Assembly (NCBI RefSeq): GCF_001194135.2
Contig: NC_068986.1
Location: 107,790,736 to 107,831,779, forward strand
Direction of reading: 5' to 3'
DNA length: 41,044 nt
DNA from: Octopus bimaculoides
Lineage: Eukaryota
In this document: positions 32,242 to 41,044 of the stretch, in pieces
Layout: each line of letters opens with the position of its first letter
Position numbering within the stretch: the stretch's first letter is position 1
The notes under the pieces: generated by a model
The model's input: the letters and a program-made list of their open reading frames with translations, nothing else
The model's database searches: none
What the model was told of the DNA's origin: nothing
Program-made: the position numbers and the translations under genes

Positions 32242-32310
32242 TAGCTGAAGCAACTGAGTGACTCAAAGGCCGAGAGTTTCATGCGTTAGCACTTATCAAA
32301 TTAATTACAG
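32242..32310 (+). mobile_element. Left arm of the fold-back element family seen at 3023-3167
   Basis: TAGCTGAAGCAACTGAGTGACTCAAAGGCCGAGAGTTTCATGCGTTAGCACTTATC vs TAGCAGAAGCAGCAGAGTGACTCAATGGCCGAGAGGTTTCGTGCGTTAACACTTATC. Confidence 0.8.
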
Positions 32311-32499
32311 ATCGAAAAATTGTAAATATATACATTGGTGATAATGGTGTTTCCCTGGATAGTTCTGCAAGAAATTATAGAAACAATTACAATATCACGT
32401 GAATAATTCATATTTTTCAAATAAGCTGACCAACAAAACTTGTCCGTACTTACACTCACACTCATAAATATATGATAGTTATATAACCGTGAAAGCCAT

Positions 32500-32884
32500 T
32501 TGTTGTTGGCACTCCGTCGCTTACGACGTCGAAGGTTCCAGTTGATCCGATCAACGGAACAGCCTGCTCATGAAATTAACGTGCAAGTGGCTGAGCACTC
32601 CACAGACACTTGCACCCTTAACGTAGTTCTCGGGGATATTCAGCGTGACACAGTGTAACAAGGCTGACCCTTTGAATTACAGGCACAACAGAAACAGGAA
32701 GTAAGAATAAGAGAAATTTGTGGTGAAAGCGTACAACAGGGTTCGCCACCATTCCCTGCCGCAGCCTCGTGGAACTTTAGGTGTTTTCGCTCAATAAACA
32801 CTCACAACGCCCGGTCTGGGAATCGAAACCGCGATCCTATGACCGCGAGTCCGCTGCCCTAACCACTGGGCCATTGCGCCTCCA
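32500..32884 (-). mobile_element. SINE family A, full length
   Basis: Reverse complement of the 951-1331 copy. Imperfect 13-bp TSD ATGACTTTCATAG / ATGGCTTTCACGG on the minus strand. Confidence 0.93.
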
Positions 32885-33354
32885 CTATGAAAGTCATATG
32901 ACCATGTTAACTATCTATCATTCTCTCCGTTTCCTCTTTTCTGGTGTTTTATTTCCTTCCCACTTGCCCTTTATCATCTAATTCAACTTTTTACCTTCTT
33001 ACACTCCATAGCTCACGCGTTAATGTTTAGTGCCAGGCCAACCGTAATCAAACGGAACCATTAGCCAAGATGTGGGCACAACGTTTTTAGCGTTATCTAT
33101 AATTTAGCATTTATCTAATGTGACGCTTCTTGTTTTAGGCTATGAAATACTGTTATTACCAACTGGATGGTTGAGATAGCTGAATAAATTTACATAGACT
33201 GGGAGAAGATACAAGAGGGAAGAACAGCCGGCGTATGAAAGGCTAAACAGACGGCTAGAAGAGCATTTGCTGACATAGTAGTAGTGGTGAATAAATTTGG
33301 ATGAGGATATTATGATTTTCATGCTAGATCACTGAACTCAACACGTTCTTTTCA

Positions 33355-33510
33355 TTCCCTCTCTATTTATTTCCTCTTTTCTGTCGAAGAGCGTAGGCTC
33401 GAAACGTAAAAGATTTTCCATTTTTTCCCTAGCGTGAAACAAACACACTTGCCTGTTGTTGCTACATCTGTCTTCGTTTCGTCTTCGTTTTTCTATAAAT
33501 TTGAACTATT
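33355..33510 (+). mobile_element. Short Penelope-like terminal element with a hammerhead-like motif (same family as 3478-3625)
   Basis: TTTT-CTGTCGA-A-GAGC-GTAG-GCTC-GAAAC-GTA-AAAG at 33377-33412. Downstream TCCC.AGCGT.AAAC and CTGTCTTCGT are shared with the first copy. Confidence 0.55.
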
Positions 33511-33551
33511 ATGACCTTGTAAATGGAGTGCAATATTATGAGTCGTCTTCA

Positions 33552-33890
33552 AGGCGGCGAACCGGGAGAATCGTTAGACGACGCCGGGAAAAATGCTTAG
33601 CAGCATTTTGTCTGTCTTTATGTTCTGAGTTCAAATTCTGCCGAGGTCGATTTTTGTCTTTCATCCTAAAATAAGTACCAGTGGCATACTAGGGTCGATG
33701 TAATTCACTGCCTTAAAATTACTGGCTTTTCTCCAAAAATTTGAAACCATTATTAAGCGTCGTCCAAGGGCGGAAGATTGGCAGAATTGTTAGAGCGTCG
33801 GACAAAATGATTTGCAGTTTCTCTTCCGACGCCGCCGAGATCAACTTTGCTTTTTATACCTCTGGGGTCGACAAAGTAAAACACCTGTTT
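33552..33890 (+). mobile_element. Two head-to-tail SINE-M copies (the second is internally deleted)
   Basis: Heads AGGCGGCGAACCGGGAGAATCG (about 33552) and GGGCGGAAGATTGGCAGAATTG (about 33769). Confidence 0.78.
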
Positions 33891-33904
33891 ATTAATGTTG
33901 GTGG

Positions 33905-34866
33905 GTGGATGATAGACAGATGAGGACAAATCAGGAGAATAGGGAGGGTGGTCATCCAGTTTAAAGCCACAGTCACACAGCAGCAGCCATTGAAACCAAG
34001 GACTTGGGTGTTTGGTCTCGATAGCCTTTCGTAACGGCCTCAGCAAGTTGTCATAATACTCTCCATTGATAATGGCGCCCTTTTGAAGATAATCAATAAA
34101 ATTAATGCTTTTTGAATCCCAAAAAACTAGGGCCATCACCTATCCCGCAGATGAAACGATGTTTCCATTCTTTGGAGCAGGTGAGGAGAGGTGTTTCCAC
34201 TACTTGGATTGTCTCTTTGTCTCTGGTTCAAAGCAATGAAGCCAACACTTATCCTAGTTTAGGAAACGTTCAAGGAAACTGGCTGGATCTGTCTGAAACA
34301 GTGTCAGATTTTCCCCATGATGTGAAGACGTAGCACCAACCATGTAGAAGGTTTCGTCATGTCAAGTTCATAGTGCAGAATATTCATAACAGGATAAGTT
34401 AATAACATTGGCCGTTTGATTTATAGTCAATCACCTGTCATCCATCACCATATGGTGAACACGTTCAATGTTTTTTCTCGGTGGTGGCAATTACAGGACA
34501 TCCAGAGCTTAGGTCAACTTCAAGATTCTCCGTTCTTCTCCTAAATCCAGCTGCCCACTTTTGCACTGCTGATAAAACTGAAGCATCATCCCCTAATGTA
34601 GCAACCATATCAGTATGAATGTCCTTGGAGGCTAAACAGTTTCTTTATAGGTATTTGATAACACCACGAAACCAAATTTTGTCCATTTTCAAGAGAGGTC
34701 GCTACTAGTTAATTCTGAAGTCTTTTCTGAACAGTCAGATGTCAGTTCACCTGGAAAGAAACAATGCAGTTATTAATAAGAAGGGTTGAAATTAATGCAT
34801 GAAAAATTTCACGCTTTTTACATCAGTCCTTCATAGTCAGCCCATAAACTTTTCAGTTTGCCCTTG
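33905..34866 (-). mobile_element. Mariner remnant (Himar1/irritans-like motifs), 5' TIR plus frameshifted transposase
   Basis: ATG at 34686, MDKIWFRGVIKYL..LGDDAS..QKWAAGF. ORF 33753-34139 reads MALVFWDSKSINFIDYLQKGAIINGEYYDNLLRPLRKAI..HPPYSPDL. The HQDNA motif is deleted. A TIR-like AAGGGCAAACTGAAAAGTT lies at the right end. Confidence 0.88.
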
Positions 34867-35232
34867 TGTGTGTGNNNNNNNNNNNNNNNNNNNNNNNNNN
34901 NNNNNNNNNNNNNNNNNNNNNNNNNNNNNNNNNNNNNNNNNNNNNNNNNNNNNNNNNNNNNNNNNNNNNNNNNNNNNNNNNNNNNNNNNNNNNNNNNNNN
35001 NNNNNNNNNNNNNNNNNNNNNNNNNNNNNNNNNNNNNNNNNNNNNNNNNNNNNNNNNNNNNNNNNNNNNNNNNNNNNNNNNNNNNNNNNNNNNNNNNNNN
35101 NNNNNNNNNNNNNNNNNNNNNNNNNNNNNNNNNNNNNNNNNNNNNNNNNGTGTGTGTGTGTGTGTGTGTGTGAAAGAGAAAGAGAGAGAGAGAGAGAGGG
35201 GGTGTGGTTGTGTGTGTGTGTGTGTGCGTGTG

Positions 35233-35385
35233 TGTACAACGACGAGCTTTTTTCAGTTTCCGTCTATCAAATCCACTTTGGTCGTTCCAGGGCGATAGTA
35301 AGAGCCACTTGCACTTGCCCAAGGTGTCACATAGCGAGACTGAACCCGGAACCTTGTGCCTAACAAGCCACGCCTGCGCCTACAA
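35233..35385 (-). mobile_element. SINE OR-like 5' half adjoining (GT)/(GA) repeats and a gap
   Basis: Minus strand TAGGCGCAGGCGTGGC..GGTTCCGGGTTCAGTC..CACCTTGGGCAAGTG..GGAAACTGAAAAAAGCTCGTCG. Confidence 0.82.
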
Positions 35386-36442
35386 GTGAACGACAATTAC
35401 ACAATGCCTCCTTTCCAAATTGAAACTACAATCCTCCACAGCCCGGAAATGATACTGCAGTCACCGAATTTCTTGGGCTTTTCATCCCAATTTAAGCTGG
35501 TCAAACCCAAATAACCTTCCATGTATTTTTAATGATGATTTTTACGTTGGTATTCTTATTTACATTTAATTTAAAATAACAGTCTATGTTTAGGTAACAG
35601 AGAAGCAATTAGAAAGTTGATATTAATAATTTATAATATACAACAGCCTGAAGTAGATAAATTTAATTTATCTACTTCACACACACGCACACAGCAACAA
35701 GCAAAACGACTCCCCACGTAATAGTTAGATACGTAATTGTTTTATGTATTTCTCGTCTTAATTTATTGTATGTATGCACATACACGTATACACATACGAA
35801 TTTATTCGTTCCTACTCTGCGCCAGCTTGTTAAAATTTGCTTCTCTATGGTAATTTTAGTGTCCGTGTAGATTGTTTATTGCCTTCATATAACTAAATTG
35901 CTGTTTCATCTCTCCTATTTCTCTTTACCTTTCATTTATTTCGCCAAATGTCAAAGAACGTGAGGTGAACTGCTGACAATAAATAAAGCAGTTGGCACTG
36001 GATTATGGCCAGATGGTCAAAACATGGCATTGATTAAGTATGCGGTAATCGTCCAAATCAGTCATTGCATCATTAAGAGTTAGTCAAGTAGACCCAATGG
36101 GAAACATTCGTAATGGTCAGAAGTAAACATTTCATACTCTGCTTACATTTTACTTGTTAATATTTTGTTAAAAAGCAATGTTTATACTCTTGATATTTCT
36201 ATACAGTTTATCCTCGTATATTACGGGTGTTTGGTTCAATGAAAACAAAACGTGTTAAATTAATCAGAGATAAATGAATAAAAGCAAACGTGGGGCAACT
36301 AGGTCTCATTCCGAGACTCCAGGTTGTCCCTCCGGCATCCAAATAATAACTCCAAAAATATATTAAACACGCATAATGATATCGTTTCACAGTTGGAAGA
36401 AAAATTAAGAGTAGAAGTTTAAAAACATATGATAAGCAAACG

Positions 36443-36645
36443 ATAATAATAATAATAATAACCCTTACTACTCTCGGCACAAGGCCTGAAATTTGGTGGG
36501 AGGAGTAGGCAGTCGATTAGAGCAACCCCAGTACGCAACTGGTACTTAATTTATCAGTCCCGAAAGGATGAACGGCAAAGTCGACCTCGGTAGAATTTGA
36601 ACTCAGAACGTAAAGACAAACGAAATACCGCTAAGCTTTTTGCCT
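36443..36645 (-). mobile_element. SINE family M, B2-type tail ending in (TTA)n
   Basis: Plus strand (TAA)n-CCCTTACTACTCTCGGCACAAGGCCTGAAATTT..GGCAAAGTCGACCTCGG..GAAATACCGCTAAGC. Confidence 0.88.
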
Positions 36646-36669
36646 GCAAGGATGTCACCACACCAACAC

Positions 36670-36785
36670 CAAAGCTTTGGTCGAACCGATGCTATAGAAT
36701 AGAAGACACTTTTACAAGGTTCCATGCAATGGGACTGAACCCGGAACCATTTGGTTGAGAAGCAACCTTTTTACCACAGAGCCAT
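36670..36785 (-). mobile_element. SINE OR-like 5' fragment
   Basis: Plus strand GCTTTGGTCG..AGAAGACACTT..GGGACTGAACCCGGAACCAT. Confidence 0.8.
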
Positions 36786-37599
36786 TTTTTATGCCTTTGA
36801 TCGATAGGGATTGATTTGAAGCTAAACAACCACATGCAAGACTTTATGATTTAGTTATCATAAAACATGACTTTATAATTTAGATATCATAAAGGAAAAA
36901 AAATAGTGAACGGATTTAATTTTGAGTTACAACTGTTGAATTTAGAGGTAATTTTATATTTTATGATTATATTTTATGTTTAAATGGATGTTAGAAGTGA
37001 ACAAGGTTTGAACACAGATAACTAGAAATTCAGCATTTATAAAGATCAAACTTGAATATTCTTGAAAATGAGATCTTTTTAGGATTTATATAGAATGATA
37101 TTTTTGTGAGGCATCAGCCATAATATACCGAAATAATTTGGTGGTTGTCGTGTTTGAAATGACATTTAAATGCTAAGGCTACTCAGGTGGCAGTGGTCAG
37201 TTTGGCAAATGTTGAATGTCAGAGTTAATATTGTTCGGTTTACTTGTCATCACTGCATCATTCAATGACAAAACACAAGGCAGTGCTTTCAAGGTTCTAT
37301 CACGGATTGTATTGAAGCATTTCTTGAATGCTACGCCTGCTGCAGTTGTGAACAACAATAACGACGTTAATAATAGCAAACATAAACAGCAATAACAACA
37401 ACAACAGCAGCAGGAGAAGGAACCACATTTTGTTGTTCGATATCAATAAGGATTCGGGGTTCGTCACTTCATACTTGCGGAATGATCGCAGTTTACTTTC
37501 TCAGATTTTCGAGTAATCTTCTGTCAATGATCTGACTTTTAAACCTGATACACGAAAACTGATGGTCAACGTACATTTTTCTGCTTTTAATTTTTGTAT

Positions 37600-38027
37600 T
37601 CTAGGCACAAGATCCGAAATTTGGGGAGAGGGAGCCAGTCGATTAGATCGACCCTAGTACGCAACTGCTACTTAATTTATCGACCCCGAAAGGGTGAAAG
37701 GCAAAGTCGACCTCGGCGAAATTTGAACTCAGAACGTAAAGATAGACGAAATCTCGCTAAACATTTCGCCCGACATGCTAACGTTTCTTATTTCTTTATT
37801 GCCCACAAGGGGCTAAACATAGAGGGGACAAACAAGGACAGACAAAGGGATTAAGACGATTACATCGACCCCAGTGCGTAACTGGTACTTAATTTATCGA
37901 CCCCGAAAGGATGAAAGGCAAAGTCGACCTCGGCGAAATTTGAACTCAGAACGTAACGGCAGACGAAATACCGCTAAGCATTTCGACCGGTGTGCTAACG
38001 TTTCTTATTTCTTTATTGCCCACAAGG
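37600..38027 (-). repeat. Tandem array of at least 3 head-truncated SINE-M units (217-bp period), running into a gap
   Basis: The junction GCTAACGTTTC|TTATTTCTTTATTGCCCACAAGG is identical at 37787/37788 and 38004/38005. Confidence 0.9.
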
Positions 38028-38235
38028 NNNNNNNNNNNNNNNNNNNNNNNNNNNNNNNNNNNNNNNNNNNNNNNNNNNNNNNNNNNNNNNNNNNNNNNNN
38101 NNNNNNNNNNNNNNNNNNNNNNNNNNNNNNNNNNNNNNNNNNNNNNNNNNNNNNNNNNNNNNNNNNNNNNNNNNNNNNNNNNNNNNNNNNNNNNNNNNNN
38201 NNNNNNNNNNNNNNNNNNNNNNNNNNNNNNNNNNN

Positions 38236-38299
<64 letters not shown>

Positions 38300-38300
<1 letters not shown>

Positions 38301-38545
38301 TGCCTTTTTTTCTACGATGGTTTTGTGCCACCAACACTCATGTACTTTTTCTACTGTCACCCATGTTGTGTACACTACCACCACCTTCACTACTATCCCC
38401 ACCACCACGCTTACTAAATCATATTAATAACTTTTCAGAGTCTCTTCTCCCCGCGAACACCAATCCTCTGGGATTCTCTGACTGCACAATGGTCTTTTCG
38501 CTATGACTGACCACCAATTGTTCAATAAGAGTGTTAAGGGCGTCC
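38300..38545 (+). mobile_element. 3' end of a CR1/Jockey-like LINE ORF2, decayed
   Basis: QSLFSPRTPILWDSL resembles the SFFPRT..LWNSLP C-terminal motif of CR1/Jockey-type ORF2. Confidence 0.55.
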
Positions 38546-38549
38546 GTTT

Positions 38550-38830
38550 CACGGGTCTCGAATCGAGAAGGAGGCTGCAAAGACTGTGGTCACGATCCTA
38601 AGAGCCAGTATTCTAAACAGCAGAAATAAAGCCAAAGAAAATACAAGCGAGCGTATCCGATGTGAGGTAGAGACTAATGGTTCAGTAGGGGGGTTTTTTG
38701 TGCGAGCTGAAAGAGAATAAGTGAGAAGAATAGGAATATTAAAGAATGTATGAAAATATTTCATTGTTTTCTAAAGAGAAGTTGAAGACTGGGTTGGTTG
38801 TGGCGTTGGGAGACATCTTGCTCAAATAAT
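38550..38830 (-). mobile_element. Possible CR1/Jockey-like RT C-terminal fragment
   Basis: LSARTKNPPTEPL and RILALRIVT weakly resemble the post-YADD region of these RTs. Confidence 0.35.
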
Positions 38831-40197
38831 GGTAGAAAAGATGATTGCATTTAATTTCTGAATATACGAACTAAAAATCTATTCCTACGACTGAGAAAGA
38901 ATGTTTGTTAGATGTCTGCTGTTTTTACTTCGAAGAACAAAAAAAACAGCGATTAATTGTCAAAAGGTGACAACCGATTTTCAGGCATTCAAACGGCTGT
39001 TCCGTTTGGGGTTTTTTCCATTTAATGTTTATTTTGAGTTTATCAATTTTGCATTCTGCGTACATTGGTGTCTTTTATTTATTCGTATACTATTTAGGCA
39101 ACAAAAATAAACTCAGCCTGGTAAGTGCAATACAATTGATGAAGAAAACTACATATTAGGTAGGTATCGGAATTTATTTGATTTTTCCAATTGCTTTTTT
39201 TTTTTTTTTTCAAAGATAATTGTGAGTGAAGGTTATAGACAAGCATGCCAATAATAACATTTGTAAAATAAATAGCAGGAATAATATTTACTAAAGATAC
39301 GGAAGGAATGAAACCGTTCTGTTATTCTTAAAACCGCTTGACAAGACTAAGTGTCAGTATATTGAAAGCCGATTCTAAGAAATTAAACATGAAATGCTGT
39401 CATAATACTTTGAAAGTACATTTCTTCTTGTTTAAAAGTACATGTCTTCCGTGTTTACTCATAGGTCGTAGATTCATTGCATGATGAACTTAGCCACAAC
39501 GCATCATAGTCTATCAATACACATACATATATACTCCATCCTTTCCACCTTTCTAAATATCAATCAACTTTATAACTTTTGAGTTCTTAATGTAGGGGGC
39601 TTTATGCCTTGTCTTTTCATTTATGACTTTAATTCCCTGCTCAAATTTGTTTCAGCACAAAAAGCAGTCATGCAAGAGTAAAAAAAACCTAAATTACGTG
39701 TTGTTTACAATCTTACAATGTAATATAGTAATATGTAATCAATAACAGAGACTTTACAACATAGAAAAAGTGATATTTATTTTATAATGCTTTGTTGTCT
39801 GACAAAACATTTCCAATCTAATAAAAATGACATGCGATCACGATTTAAGTGATTGTTTTCCACTATATGCACCATGGAAATGTTTTTGACAAGTCTTTCC
39901 TCTTGTGTGCTTGATTATAAAAATTATTTTATCTTTCCCCAAACAATATCCCCTCGTTTATGTGTCCTGTACTGTCGACATAACACGAATTTATATAAAA
40001 CATTTGCAAATGTACAGAGATAAAAATCGAATGGCGTCATGAACAACGTTAAATGTATTTCTTTTATTGTTATTTTAATACAATTGTTTGAAGGATTTAC
40101 TAAATGACTACATTATCGAGAAATTACATTTATTAACTATGTAAAACTGATGTATTCTGAGGTTTAATACGACTTATAATACCATATTATATATATG

Positions 40198-40230
<33 letters not shown>

Positions 40231-40699
40231 NNNNNNNNNNNNNNNNNNNNNNNNNNNNNNNNNNNNNNNNNNNNNNNNNNNNNNNNNNNNNNNNNNNNNN
40301 NNNNNNNNNNNNNNNNNNNNNNNNNNNNNNNNNNNNNNNNNNNNNNNNNNNNNNNNNNNNNNNNNNNNNNNNNNNNNNNNNNNNNNNNNNNNNNNNNNNN
40401 NNNNNNNNNNNNNNNNNNNNNNNNNNNNNNNNNNNNNNNNNNNNNNNNNNNNNNNNNNNNNNNNNNNNNNNNNNNNNNNNNNNNNNNNNNNNNNNNNNNN
40501 NNNNNNNNNNNNNNNNNNNNNNNNNNNNNNNNNNNNNNNNNNNNNNNNNNNNNNNNNNNNNNNNNNNNNNNNNNNNNNNNNNNNNNNNNNNNNNNNNNNN
40601 NNNNNNNNNNNNNNNNNNTATATATATACATATATATACATATATATACACACACACGCACAATGCATGTATTGCAGGCATTCATGTGCGTATGTATAT

Positions 40700-40751
<52 letters not shown>
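40700..40751. repeat. (GATA)n microsatellite
   Basis: Direct reading. Confidence 0.95.
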
Positions 40752-41002
40752 CCCTGTTAAATGATTTGTTTATATATTTGTGTGCGCGTGTGTGTGCATG
40801 TGTGTATGTGTACATACTGCATACATACACACACACATATACAAACATATCTGATGATCTATTGCGTGAAACTCAGAGTAACGATTTGTGACGTTTCTGC
40901 GTCAATAAACTCTATATTTAACTCAGCCTTTGGTATTCGAGTGCCATCTTCTCCATTTTGTATTGCACTTGCGTTCTCACAAGTACGTGTACACATAGGA
41001 AT

Positions 41003-41033
<31 letters not shown>

Positions 41034-41044
41034 AACATATATAT

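Noticed and set aside
33130-33330. Possible RTE ORF2 fragment (IDWEKIQEGR..ARRAFAD)
   Set aside because: Only vague resemblance, interrupted by stops.
38300-38830. Oppositely oriented LINE fragments as a twin-priming inversion
   Set aside because: The inverted piece lies 3' of the sense 3' end, which is the wrong geometry, and the second fragment is low confidence.
40895-40960. AATAAA..TGGTATTCGAG as an LTR end plus primer-binding site
   Set aside because: The match to a tRNA 3' end is poor and no gag or pol sequence follows.

Overview
Eukaryotic, AT-rich, repeat-saturated scaffold segment with 9 N-gaps (6334-6878, 17228-17673, 20698-21029, 21669-22055, 27057-27704, 29668-30506, 34875-35149, 38028-38235, 40231-40618). 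The SINE families and microsatellite density resemble what I recall of Octopus (coleoid cephalopod) genomes; that is an inference and was not verified. I could not identify any host protein-coding gene, true tRNA/rRNA gene or CRISPR array. The window reads as intronic or intergenic DNA built from transposon debris. It holds more than 30 copies or fragments of four tRNA-headed SINE families (called here A, OR-like, M and C) and three unrelated decayed mariners. It also holds a Tigger/pogo transposase remnant, hAT-type and fold-back MITEs, and non-LTR retroelement fragments: R4/Dong-type restriction-like endonuclease, RTE-like C2H2 tail, CR1/Jockey-like RT, L1/Tx1-like ORF1 and Penelope-like RT. 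The most interesting signals are RNA-level. (1) A minimal hammerhead ribozyme motif lies in a Penelope-like tail at 14430-14475. (2) A second short Penelope-like family carries a variant hammerhead core in two copies. (3) Two tandem hammerhead-like motifs lie in the 3' region of an R4/Dong-type element at 728-872 (speculative). (4) SINE-M forms precise 217-bp head-to-tail multimers. (5) One SINE carries an internal site that seeds different microsatellites and shares a module with another SINE family.
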